From positions 1-51,152 of the forward strand of contig WRKT01000016.1 of the NCBI GenBank assembly GCA_009777995.1: DNA of 51,152 nt. Direction: 5' to 3'. The notes under the pieces were generated by a model that had not been told where the DNA came from, made no database searches, and saw nothing but the letters and a program-made list of their open reading frames with translations. Source of the DNA: Treponema sp. (GTDB lineage: Bacteria; Spirochaetota; Spirochaetia; Treponematales; Breznakiellaceae). Below, one piece after another: positions 1 to 8,711 of the stretch (positions are counted from its first letter, which is position 1; every line of letters begins with the position of its first letter). The position numbers were made by a program, and so were the translations under genes.

Positions 1-66
1 ATCTGCCCACAAATCGAAGCCATTGTTATCAAGCACCATCTACCTCCTATTAACTCTTAAGAGAAA

Positions 67-816
67 TTATTCAGAAGAAATAATGGGAAACTTTAATTTC
101 TTAAACAGGCGAGAACTACCGGGTGAAAATGTTGGATGCCCCCAGCCTACTAAAAACTTTGCTTTATTTTCAAAAGCCCACTTAATTGAGTATTGTGATA
201 AGGCTGTAGCATACCCCCTTTCCCGATATTCCGGTAATACATGAACAAAATCTAAGGCGGCGGCACCATTATCGTTAACAACTGCTGAGATAGCAACATG
301 TTTATCACTAACAAGCCCCAAAAAGCAATTAAACTTGCTTTCTTCTACAATATGATAATGGCTATCTGCATTAAATGACCCATAATCAAAACGGTTTATA
401 TCACACCATAATGTAAAATCTTTTTTTGTAGTAACCTGCCGAATAATTAAGTCTTGTGTCGTGTTTGAATAACACAGCATATCTTTCGCCATCATGATTC
501 CTAGCGCGAATTCTTTAAGTGGATAGAAAAGTATTTCTCCGTATATAGCCATACTTACTCTTTCCGAGCAAGCCATTGGCCATTCTGTATGAATATCCAA
601 ATCTTTAATTGTTTTAATTGTTTTATACAATTCAACGTCATCTAAATTTTCAAGTCGGATATTAAAGATTTCAGAAGGACCATTGGAACCTTCAACAGGA
701 AACATATATTCGTATATTCCATTATCCACAAGATTCATAAGCTTTGTGTCGGCAATGAGTCTGCGCCGAAAAATCAGCCATTCGTCAATGATCGTGAGTT
801 TTTCTTTTAGTGTCAT
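67..816 (-). CDS. GNAT family N-acetyltransferase
   Basis: 249 aa. The C-terminal acetyl-CoA-binding pattern (VHVLPEYRERGYATAL, motif A-like) is typical of the GNAT fold. Substrate unknown. Confidence 0.6.
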   Translation of the reverse strand: MTLKEKLTIIDEWLIFRRRLIADTKLMNLVDNGIYEYMFPVEGSNGPSEIFNIRLENLDDVELYKTIKTIKDLDIHTEWPMACSERVSMAIYGEILFYPLKEFALGIMMAKDMLCYSNTTQDLIIRQVTTKKDFTLWCDINRFDYGSFNADSHYHIVEESKFNCFLGLVSDKHVAISAVVNDNGAAALDFVHVLPEYRERGYATALSQYSIKWAFENKAKFLVGWGHPTFSPGSSRLFKKLKFPIISSE

Positions 817-919
817 GTAAATACTCCAATAATACCTTATACCATAAATTTTATCTCAAAAATGAACATTTTCGGACATTTTTATTGAAGTCTCATGAAA
901 GTTCCGGTTATAGGCAGTT

Positions 920-1840
920 TTACCCCGTTTTTATTTCACTTTTTTTCCACCATGTTGATGTTGCAAATGGGCGAAAACCTATGTTGTAATAAAATTGTTG
1001 AGATGAGTTGACTATAGCTCTTATGACACCAAATTCACTACAGCGTCTTATTCCTTCTAAGACAACCGATTTACCTAACCCCATTTTTCGATATGCCGGT
1101 TCAGTTGCCACAGGTTCAATTAAAACATTCTTTAACTTTTGGTCATACCAAATACCACAATGTGATACAAAATCTCCATTTGGTGCTACAATAAAGATTT
1201 TTAGTCTGAGATCTATATTTGGCCTATCCCATGCCTTTATATATCTTTTTTTTGAACACTTCTCCCAATAGAAAGAAAATGGGCCTTTCCCATTTATTTC
1301 ATTGTTAAATCCTTTCCACATCACCTGTCCGTATTTATATAGATCAAAGTCGTCTTCAAAGCTGGTTATTTTAAATCCCTCCGGCAGACAATAATTAATC
1401 TTTTCTTGATCTATTTGATATATTGAGGTTGACCATTTATCTTGTGTGGGATAAAAATTATTTCTTGCAGCTATACTTTGCATTTTTAGGTCATTGTCAA
1501 GAATTAAAACTCGTAATTCTCCATTTTTTACTAAATTATCTTTAGCATAAAGAAGCATTTCTTCTTTTAGTTTTTCATAGCCATTTAATGTCAAAATATA
1601 AATTGACCCTAGTGTAGTTTCATAGGCAGCTACTGCAACAAGTTTCTTGCCATCTTCCCACAACCCTATTTTTTCTAAGCTATCCGGATCAGCCCATTCA
1701 GCACCAAGACAAATAAACATCCAATCCCAAACACCAAAATGAAAATCATAAGAGTCAAGTTCGATTAAAAAATCCCGTACAATTTTATAATCATCGCCAT
1801 AGAGAGATGTGTTTCTGTATTGTCTAAATTTAACAGACAT
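920..1840 (-). CDS. GNAT family N-acetyltransferase (two-domain)
   Basis: 306 aa. GNAT motif A-like segment EPVATEPAYRKMGLGKSVVLEGIRRC near the C-terminus. Preceded by an AT-rich promoter-like region with two TATAAT boxes at about 1875-1905. Confidence 0.55.
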   Translation of the reverse strand: MSVKFRQYRNTSLYGDDYKIVRDFLIELDSYDFHFGVWDWMFICLGAEWADPDSLEKIGLWEDGKKLVAVAAYETTLGSIYILTLNGYEKLKEEMLLYAKDNLVKNGELRVLILDNDLKMQSIAARNNFYPTQDKWSTSIYQIDQEKINYCLPEGFKITSFEDDFDLYKYGQVMWKGFNNEINGKGPFSFYWEKCSKKRYIKAWDRPNIDLRLKIFIVAPNGDFVSHCGIWYDQKLKNVLIEPVATEPAYRKMGLGKSVVLEGIRRCSEFGVIRAIVNSSQQFYYNIGFRPFATSTWWKKSEIKTG

Positions 1841-2020
1841 AATAGCTCCTTTATAAAGTATAATCTTTTAATATAGTATAATGATTGGGAGGCCTATTGA
1901 CAAGATAACTAAAAAAGGAATAGGATACTCTATATTGTTAAATACTGTGAAGTAAAATCTAAGGTTTATAAAAATCAATTTCTCGCCCATTCAACAAATC
2001 TGATATACTCATGTAAGTCA

Positions 2021-2360
2021 GATATATATGGTGATGTGGTAATAAAAGCAGGTGTTCCCGAAGATAAAAGATTATTAACGGAAATTTCTACACTAAATTT
2101 TTATAACAATAAGTTTCACACATGTAAGCTGTACGAATATTCACTTGAAGATGGTTTTATACTGCTTAAAATATTATGATATAAAAAGGACCCATTACTG
2201 TAAATTAAATAATGATTATTCCGGAAAGTATCTTCTCCATGGAGACATGCATTATCGCAATATTCTATCGTATGGTGAAACATTTAAAGTCATTGACCCA
2301 CATGGGATTATTGGAGACCCGGTATTTGATATTACACGATTCCTTTCATATTATCTTTAA
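2021..2360 (+). pseudogene. Aminoglycoside/choline-kinase-type phosphotransferase (APH-like) remnant, frameshifted and truncated
   Basis: Frame A, about 2021-2169, reads DIYGDVVIKAGVPEDKRLLTEISTLNFYNNKFHTCKLYEYSLEDGFILLKIL and ends at TGA. ORF 2145-2360 in another frame contains the kinase catalytic loop LLHGDMHYRNIL and VIDPHGIIGDPVFDI (HGDxxxxN...D motif), then stops prematurely. There is no in-frame start and the total is about 130 aa against about 260-300 for intact APH. Coordinates are approximate. Confidence 0.5.
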
Positions 2361-2414
2361 TCCATTATTGACAAAAATACATTATTCTGATAATGTTGCA
2401 AGGAGGGATACGAG

Positions 2415-2861
2415 ATGAAGAAAAAACTGAGAATTGCAATAGTAGCTCACGACCAACGAAAAGCGGATATGGTTGACTGGACGCTTTATAACGCTGATAC
2501 ATTATCGAAACATTTCTTAATTTGCACCGGAACAACCGGAGGACTAATTAAATCAGCTTTTGAAGAAAAAGGAGTTAATGCAGAAATATTGTGTTTAAAT
2601 TCCGGCCCTATGGGTGGCGACGCTGAAATTGCAGCAATGGTTGTAAGGCATGAAATTAATCTGGCAATATTTTTAATCGATGACTTAAGTCCACAACCTC
2701 ATGAGGCCGATATTCTAATGTTACTTCGGCAATGCAGGATACATAATGTTCCCATCGCTTGTAACCGTTATAGTGCTGATTTAATGATTACAAGCACTTT
2801 ATGGGATAATTACGATTATGTACCTTTAATCCCAAAATACGAAAATTTCATTAGAAAGTAA
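2415..2861 (+). CDS. mgsA: Methylglyoxal synthase
   Basis: 148 aa. IAIVAHDQRK...LICTGTTGGLI...SGPMGGDAEIAAMVV...IFLIDDLSPQPHEADILMLLRQCRIHNVPIACN matches the MgsA signature (ALVAHD, ATGTTG, SGPxGGDQQ, PHDPDV). AGGAGG ribosome-binding site 8 nt upstream. Confidence 0.9.
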   Translation: MKKKLRIAIVAHDQRKADMVDWTLYNADTLSKHFLICTGTTGGLIKSAFEEKGVNAEILCLNSGPMGGDAEIAAMVVRHEINLAIFLIDDLSPQPHEADILMLLRQCRIHNVPIACNRYSADLMITSTLWDNYDYVPLIPKYENFIRK

Positions 2862-2940
2862 TTTCTATTATTTTTTTCTTGTTAATTTTGAGTTATTTTA
2901 AACTAATGTTTTTATGATCAAGTTCATTGTATGAGTTTTA

Positions 2941-3642
2941 TCATCTTGCTCCATGTTCCTCACATAATAGTGTGAATATATGTTCTATATTTTCAGCTGA
3001 ATTAAGCGGAATTGTTATAAAATGGCATTGTCGATAATCTATACCTTCAAATGTATAAGCCATAACAAAAGGACATTCATTGCATTGACAGCTCTTGCAA
3101 TCACTACACCTGAAATTATTTTTAATGTATTCCGGCATATTATTAATTATATTCATATACTTCGAACAATTTTGTAAAGGAATCCGAGCATAAATATTCC
3201 TGTTTTCCGGTGTTTTAGTTTCTACATCCATTCTTATGATAAAATCCTTCTTGCTTGGGTTATTGAATATTGCACTGTTACCACTAGAAACTTCGTCAAA
3301 TACATTGTATTCATTTTTGTACTCTATTGTGAAGGCAAATTTACCCTTCATTTTATGATAAAGTTGCAATGCAAACTCACCATAAGCAGTGCCTACGGTA
3401 TGAATAAAGTCTTGAAATGCAGTGTCCTGCACGGCGTATGGCATCAATATAGAATCAATAGAGCAATCAAATAACCGTGCTAAAAGCGGAAGCAATACGG
3501 TTTCCGGTAAAGTATGACCGTTTTCCCATTTACTGATTGCTTGAGCAGTTATACCTAACTTTTCAGCGAGTTCCTCCTGCGTTAGCCCATTTTGATTACG
3601 CAAACTAGCGATTTTTCTTCCTACGTTAATATTATCCAACAT
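2941..3642 (-). CDS. XRE-family HTH transcriptional regulator with Cys-rich C-terminal domain
   Basis: N-terminal HTH_XRE (GLTQEELAEKLGITAQAISKWENG). C-terminal roughly 160 aa domain carries the cluster CSDCKSCQCNEC plus a further Cys and His. I could not assign the domain. Confidence 0.7.
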   Translation of the reverse strand: MLDNINVGRKIASLRNQNGLTQEELAEKLGITAQAISKWENGHTLPETVLLPLLARLFDCSIDSILMPYAVQDTAFQDFIHTVGTAYGEFALQLYHKMKGKFAFTIEYKNEYNVFDEVSSGNSAIFNNPSKKDFIIRMDVETKTPENRNIYARIPLQNCSKYMNIINNMPEYIKNNFRCSDCKSCQCNECPFVMAYTFEGIDYRQCHFITIPLNSAENIEHIFTLLCEEHGAR

Positions 3643-3731
3643 AAAAGCCTCCTATGCTTCATAAAATTTCATTAATATTACCGGAAGCGAAAGTATATTG
3701 CCATGTATTACAAGTTGTTTTTTTCACAATA

Positions 3732-3752
3732 AACTTAACCTGTAGTTAAGTT
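3732..3752. promoter_or_regulatory. Inverted repeat AACTTAAC-ctgta-GTTAAGTT in the promoter region of the XRE regulator
   Basis: 8-bp perfect arms with a 5-nt spacer, read directly from the sequence. Lies in the 157-nt region upstream of the minus-strand XRE gene. The arms begin with the same AACTT as the second palindrome. Confidence 0.4.
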
Positions 3753-3789
3753 AAACATTAATCTCAATATTACGATATTGTTTATGTTT

Positions 3790-3813
3790 AACTTGTATAC
3801 TAGTATACAAGTT
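3790..3813. promoter_or_regulatory. Perfect 24-bp palindrome AACTTGTATACTAGTATACAAGTT overlapping the stop codon of the P-loop kinase gene
   Basis: Read directly from the sequence; 12+12 with no mismatch. It overlaps the last codons and stop of the minus-strand gene 3800-4348 and is not followed by a U-tract on either strand. Either an operator-like site or an atypical terminator. Confidence 0.45.
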
Positions 3814-4348
3814 CCTCCAGCCACTCGTAAACAGCACTCATTTCTGCCTCATAATCTTCGATAAATTCAAAAAGCTTGATATTATTCCTATTGCAGTCTG
3901 CCTTGCGCCTTAGGTTTTCACTGATATACTCTTCCATATCTTCGATAAAACCGCTTTCTCTATTCTCGATAATGCTCCTCTTCTCAAAAATAAGAGAAGA
4001 AAGGTTTTTCCTTATATAATTTTCCGAAAACGCCAGGGATAGCATAATTATTTTGCTTCTATATTCATCTTCCATATCTTCTATAGAAACAGGTAAATAA
4101 CAGCCTTCGATAATTAAATTCTGATTATTTTCAATATTTGTCTTAATAATTTCTCTTAATATGGGCCATAGCTTTTCTGTGATTAAGTCATCAGGCGATT
4201 CAGGTGTAAAGCCGCAGTTCTTATCACTTCGGTAAATACCCATTTTAAGATGATCGATTGAAAGGTAGGGTATCTTATATTTTTCAAGCAGCTTCTGCGC
4301 AAGTAATGTTTTCCCGGTACAGCTTGCCCCTGTTATGAGGATTATCAT
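3800..4348 (-). CDS. P-loop NTPase / small-molecule kinase (chloramphenicol-phosphotransferase-like, AAA_33-like)
   Basis: 182 aa. N-terminal Walker A MIILITGASCTGKTLLAQKL resembles CPT-type and zeta-like kinases. Overlaps the upstream GNAT stop by 4 nt, suggesting translational coupling. Confidence 0.55.
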   Translation of the reverse strand: MIILITGASCTGKTLLAQKLLEKYKIPYLSIDHLKMGIYRSDKNCGFTPESPDDLITEKLWPILREIIKTNIENNQNLIIEGCYLPVSIEDMEDEYRSKIIMLSLAFSENYIRKNLSSLIFEKRSIIENRESGFIEDMEEYISENLRRKADCNRNNIKLFEFIEDYEAEMSAVYEWLEELVY

Positions 4349-4887
4349 AAGCTTATTTGAATCCAGTATCTTTGGATAATGTCCTTGGATTCTTCATGGT
4401 AAATCTCGTTTTCAAGTGTGCCTAAGTTATTTTTTATAGTCCCTGCTGAGGCAGGGTTATCTTTGCTGCAAGTGATTAGAGCTCTATCTACTCCCATTTC
4501 CCTTAGTTTTTCAAGTCCAAGGCGTAAAATCTCTGTGGCATATCTCTTCCTTCTTTCCAATGGTCTTACGCTATATCCAATATGACCGCCCTTTTCGAGC
4601 ATCAGATCGTTTAAAGTATGTCGTATATTTATGGTTCCAATTATCTTATTATCCGGAATTCTTATTGCAAAATAAGTACTTGCAGGGAGCTTATCACTTC
4701 CGCTTATGCAATAGTTTGTCCCCTGCTCATTAATTTTAACCCACTCCTCATATAAATTGTCTGTTATGTGTTTTAATAAGCCCCCGCCACCATTTATCTT
4801 TGAGTCATGTTCGATAAATTCATTCACAAAATCTCTTATCTCATTCTCGTATTCGATCTTGGGCGGGACTAGAGTTAGAGTACTCAT
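4345..4887 (-). CDS. GNAT family N-acetyltransferase
   Basis: 180 aa. GYSVRPLERRKRYATEILRLGLEKLREMGVDRALITCSKDNPASAGTI fits the GNAT motif A/B region. Confidence 0.65.
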   Translation of the reverse strand: MSTLTLVPPKIEYENEIRDFVNEFIEHDSKINGGGGLLKHITDNLYEEWVKINEQGTNYCISGSDKLPASTYFAIRIPDNKIIGTINIRHTLNDLMLEKGGHIGYSVRPLERRKRYATEILRLGLEKLREMGVDRALITCSKDNPASAGTIKNNLGTLENEIYHEESKDIIQRYWIQISL

Positions 4888-4898
4888 TATGTTCTAAG

Positions 4899-5825
4899 CT
4901 AAAACCTATACGTAAAAACAACGGCAACTCTGCGAAACTCAAGGCGCACAGGTTTATCACTATCCAAAATTCTCCCTGTATAAAAAAGATCATCCCAGTT
5001 TGATTGCAGGTAATTGCGCTGTGTGTGAAACTGCACAGCAATTCCAATATCAATTTGCCTTGTTATAGTAAAGTTAAAAATTGAAGAAAAGGTCCAGTAA
5101 ATTTTATCGTGCCCCCAAGTAGCAGGAGTCGGTGTGCCGTCAAGGTATAGGTCTCTCTCCCCTTCTGCTACAAGGGCTACCATCGAAAGGAAGATTGGCA
5201 TTTGATACCCGAGGATAAAGTTTCCGTAATAATAAAAGCTATTTCGGTTCTCCCCTGCATCGCTTAAATAATACCAAGACTCTGTAAAGGCATCGGCACG
5301 AGAATAAGCCCTATAGCTCATTTCGTGGTAGGTTCTAAAAATCACATGGTTCCAGGCTCCGGGGAAGAAGGCTGCAAGGTCTGCCTGCAGTGCACCCCCG
5401 ATAAAGCCCTTCCAGTGTATTCCGTCAAAGGCTTCTCCCCTATGCTCTCTACCACCGTCCACAAGAGGCCAATTGAATCCTATCCCGTAAATATCTTCAT
5501 CAAAAAGATTTATATTCCAGCCCGATCCGATATTACCGCCCGCATTTAATTCAAGGAATGCTATCGGAGTAAAAATGAGTTCAGTCCTGCCAATAAAATT
5601 AATTGGCGTTAGATCTGCTCCGAGTGCGAGGGTTAGATTATTACCTTCTGTAAGAGGGCTTCCTCCCTGCATGAAGGGAAAGCGGAAGCGAGTAGTAAAA
5701 CCGAGCATTACATCGATGTTGGTTGTAGCGTTAATGGAAAGCTCATGAGATGTGGTTATACCCGTTTCGGCCCAAAGAACCGCTGTAAGAAAAATCAAAA
5801 CGAAAATTAAAAAAGCTTTTTTCAC
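4899..5825 (-). CDS. Putative outer-membrane beta-barrel protein
   Basis: 308 aa. Signal peptide MKKAFLIFVLIFLTAVLWA. Aromatic-rich alternating pattern and a C-terminal ...FTYRF ending in Phe, the classical OMP C-terminal signature. No family assignable. Confidence 0.5.
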   Translation of the reverse strand: MKKAFLIFVLIFLTAVLWAETGITTSHELSINATTNIDVMLGFTTRFRFPFMQGGSPLTEGNNLTLALGADLTPINFIGRTELIFTPIAFLELNAGGNIGSGWNINLFDEDIYGIGFNWPLVDGGREHRGEAFDGIHWKGFIGGALQADLAAFFPGAWNHVIFRTYHEMSYRAYSRADAFTESWYYLSDAGENRNSFYYYGNFILGYQMPIFLSMVALVAEGERDLYLDGTPTPATWGHDKIYWTFSSIFNFTITRQIDIGIAVQFHTQRNYLQSNWDDLFYTGRILDSDKPVRLEFRRVAVVFTYRF

Positions 5826-5839
5826 GACAATCCTCCGGT

Positions 5840-6727
5840 TTAATCTTCAAAAAACCGCTTTATGATTAGCGGGTATAGTGCAAAAATCCAAAGTATCATA
5901 AGGAAGTACCTGATAATGTCAGTTGCCAGGCTGACACCGACAATAAGTTTCATGCCTTCCTTAATTGCCATGACCCCTGCAAAGCCAAGAACAAACTTTA
6001 GTATATGGAAGGGAATGCTCCGCGAGCTTATCGAAAAGTTTATGAACCTGGTTTCTATTAGCATTCCGACAGCGAAGCCTATCGCAGCTCCTGCAGATTT
6101 CCCGCAGTCAATAAGATAGACTTCTTCGATTATTCCATTTGAGAATAAAATGCCTGCATAGATTATAGAGGCTGCAGCATATAGGATAATAAAAATCGCA
6201 CTGCCTAAAACAAGTCTTTCGCCCGGTATATCATCCCTAAAAAGTCTAAAGACTATAAAAACCATTAGCAGGGTAAATGCAACTGACGTCGCAACATCAA
6301 GGAGGGTATGTAATCCAAGGTACATCCTTGAAAATGCAACAAGAAAAACTATCGAAAAACAAATCACCTTTAATAAAACTTTTTTGAACTCAGCACCAAG
6401 CGAGCCGAATAAAGCTGCCGCGGCCTGGGTATGGCCCGATGGGAAGGAGTAACCTGTTGCACGAGCCATTGCCGACGGAACAGGGTTGAAGCCCGGGTCT
6501 ATAACCCAAGGGCGTTCAATTCTAAATGCGATCTTACCGCCTTGAACAGTAATGCTCGAAAGAAAGAATACCATGCCTGCCTTATAGGCAAACTGTTTGG
6601 AAATGCTCCAGAATATTGCACATACGACCACAAGGATCAGCTCTTCTTCGCCAAGTCGGGTTATAAGACCAATCAAAATGTCCAAAAAAGGAGAGCGAAT
6701 ACTTTCTATCATCCTTAATAATTCCAT
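5840..6727 (-). CDS. PAP2-family membrane phosphatase
   Basis: 295 aa, multi-TM. Contains the three PAP2 motifs in order: KxxxxxxRP (KIAFRIERP), PSGH (SFPSGHT) and SRxxxxxHxxxD (SRMYLGLHTLLD). Confidence 0.8.
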   Translation of the reverse strand: MELLRMIESIRSPFLDILIGLITRLGEEELILVVVCAIFWSISKQFAYKAGMVFFLSSITVQGGKIAFRIERPWVIDPGFNPVPSAMARATGYSFPSGHTQAAAALFGSLGAEFKKVLLKVICFSIVFLVAFSRMYLGLHTLLDVATSVAFTLLMVFIVFRLFRDDIPGERLVLGSAIFIILYAAASIIYAGILFSNGIIEEVYLIDCGKSAGAAIGFAVGMLIETRFINFSISSRSIPFHILKFVLGFAGVMAIKEGMKLIVGVSLATDIIRYFLMILWIFALYPLIIKRFFED

Positions 6728-6728
6728 G

Positions 6729-7289
6729 CTAACCTTCCTTACTTATAAAACGCAAAAAATCCTCTGCCTGCTTTTCCAGAAACGGAGCACTAACCGATAG
6801 CGTAAGGTGTCCGTTTTCGTCCATTTGCTGCTTCCCATTCGGTATTAAAACGCGTGGGGCATTCATCACCCTCATATTAAGGAAGCTGATAAGGGTTACC
6901 AAATGATCTTGGGCAATGCCCGTCCCTGAAATCCCGGGCGTTATTCCGCTCAATGCGGCCGGCTTGCCCGCAAGCACCTGTCCCTCGCTCTCGTTTATAG
7001 GTCTTGAAAGCCAATCGATAAGATTTTTTAAGACTCCCGGAAAAGAGTGATTATACTCAGGTGAAAAAAACCAGAGCCCGTCAGCAGATTTAACTATCTC
7101 CCTTACCCTCTTAACTGCATCAGGAGCAGGGTATTCGATGTCCTGGTTAAAAAACGGGACATCAGAAAATTCAAGAATTTCTAACTCTGCCCTGTCTCCA
7201 AGAACCTTTCCTGCCTGCACAGCAAGTTGCCCGTTAAAGGAACCTTTTCTTAGTGAGCCTACTATAGCTACAATTTTAACTTTTTTCAT
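6729..7289 (-). CDS. NAD(P)H-dependent FMN reductase family oxidoreductase
   Basis: 186 aa. MKKVKIVAIVGSLRKGSFNGQL is the typical N-terminus of FMN_red (SsuE/ArsH/ChrR-like) flavoproteins. Stop is 2 nt from the PAP2 start. Confidence 0.75.
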   Translation of the reverse strand: MKKVKIVAIVGSLRKGSFNGQLAVQAGKVLGDRAELEILEFSDVPFFNQDIEYPAPDAVKRVREIVKSADGLWFFSPEYNHSFPGVLKNLIDWLSRPINESEGQVLAGKPAALSGITPGISGTGIAQDHLVTLISFLNMRVMNAPRVLIPNGKQQMDENGHLTLSVSAPFLEKQAEDFLRFISKEG

Positions 7290-7338
7290 TGAGTATATCT
7301 AAGTTTATAAAGACTATTTTGTCAACGCACGTTTGCGG

Positions 7339-8016
7339 TCAGCCCCGGAGGCCCTTCTTTTTATAGACCGCCACAAAGAAAATCAGGAGAATAGCCAGAT
7401 TGGCAAAAATTACAAGCAGGGGGCGATTTATGCCTGCTTCAGGGTTAAACATGAAAATAAATGTTTGATATGAGTATATAAACTCCCCGATGCGGGCAAT
7501 GTTTTCATTAACGGCGGCAATAGGCGGCATTAAGGCAAGTAAAAGCATTACGGGGGAATAAATTGCCGTTGCCTGCTGCACATTCTTTGACATAATGCCA
7601 ATTGATGCACCAAGAATTGCAGAGACAATGCAACCGGAAACGGTTATAAGAAAGAAATGAAATAAAGTGACACCGGTATATCCGCTCTGATATGCAAAGA
7701 CAGAGAGGGGAAGCAGTGACATGGATATGGCAAAAATAGCAAGACCAAAGAGATATTGAAGGGGTTTAACACCTGCAATAACAAGGAAGCGAATACTCTT
7801 ATACTCTCTGTCTTCTGCAACTGTATTGCACATTGCTATCATTGGAGTGCTTCCCACAAACATGGCGGTAAACATTGCAACAAAGGGAACGACATCCCCC
7901 ATTACCTGCCCCATTATATAAGACATTGCAGGGTATAGTATAAAGAGAAGGGTGATGGAAACATTCCTTGGCAAGTCGTTCATCTGTTTTATGAAAATCG
8001 CTCTTACTGCATTCAT
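7339..8016 (-). CDS. ABC-2 type transporter permease
   Basis: 225 aa, hydrophobic, about 6 TM. Overlaps the upstream ATPase stop by 4 nt. Confidence 0.6.
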   Translation of the reverse strand: MNAVRAIFIKQMNDLPRNVSITLLFILYPAMSYIMGQVMGDVVPFVAMFTAMFVGSTPMIAMCNTVAEDREYKSIRFLVIAGVKPLQYLFGLAIFAISMSLLPLSVFAYQSGYTGVTLFHFFLITVSGCIVSAILGASIGIMSKNVQQATAIYSPVMLLLALMPPIAAVNENIARIGEFIYSYQTFIFMFNPEAGINRPLLVIFANLAILLIFFVAVYKKKGLRG

Positions 8017-8711
8017 TGTACCTTTACTCCTGTCATTTTCCTGAAGACTGAGCCAAGGTCAGGCACTGTCTTATAAGAATCGTGCCTGTCACAAATTTCC
8101 TTTGGGCTTCCGTATTCGACTATTACTCCATGATTTAAAAGGGCAACCTTATCGCATAAATCAACAGCTTCTTCCATATTATGAGTGGTAAGGAAGATTG
8201 TAGTCCCCTTATCCCGAAGCCCGCCAATCAATTGATGAATGCCCTTTGCAGTGGTCGGGTCAAGCGAAGCAGTCGGCTCATCGAGAAACAGAACCTTTGG
8301 TGAATGTAAAATCGCCCTTGCAAGGGCGAGTCTCTGCCTCATCCCCTTGGAGAGTTTTGAAACTTGAAGCTTTGCATCGTTTTCGAGCCCTACGCTTTTA
8401 AGGGCCTGCATCACCTTGGCCCTTTCAACACCGTAGATACCTGCGAAAAGATTTAGGTTTTCCGTTAGGCTTAGGCGTTTATAAAGGCCGTCTTCTTCGA
8501 GCATTAGCCCTGTTTCCATGGGAGTAGCACCAACTTCATGCTTTCCCCCTTCAGGTATTACCTGATTGGTAAGTATATTGATGATGGTGGTTTTCCCCGC
8601 TCCTGAGGGCCCAAGAAGACCGAAAATTTCACGTTCTGCTACGTGGAAGCTGACCTCCCTCAAGACAGTCTTATCGCCAAAACTTTTATTGATTTTATGC
8701 ATTGAAATCAC
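8013..8711 (-). CDS. ABC transporter ATP-binding protein
   Basis: 232 aa. Walker A GPSGAGKTT, ABC signature LSKGMRQRLALARA, Walker B LFLDEPT. Confidence 0.9.
   Translation of the reverse strand: MISMHKINKSFGDKTVLREVSFHVAEREIFGLLGPSGAGKTTIINILTNQVIPEGGKHEVGATPMETGLMLEEDGLYKRLSLTENLNLFAGIYGVERAKVMQALKSVGLENDAKLQVSKLSKGMRQRLALARAILHSPKVLFLDEPTASLDPTTAKGIHQLIGGLRDKGTTIFLTTHNMEEAVDLCDKVALLNHGVIVEYGSPKEICDRHDSYKTVPDLGSVFRKMTGVKVQ

Noticed and set aside
23-244. 73 aa plus-strand ORF at the window start
   Set aside because: It overlaps the 3' part of the minus-strand GNAT gene 67-816 and has no ribosome-binding site or recognisable domain.
2212-2418. 68 aa ORF overlapping the APH-like fragment in a third frame
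   Set aside because: No kinase motifs in this frame. It is treated as part of the decayed pseudogene region, not as a gene.
2862-2940. GTATGAG-containing segment (CATTGTATGAGTTTT) between mgsA and the XRE gene
   Set aside because: It superficially resembles the CTCGTATGAG hairpin family, but the upstream arm is not complementary, so it does not form the hairpin.
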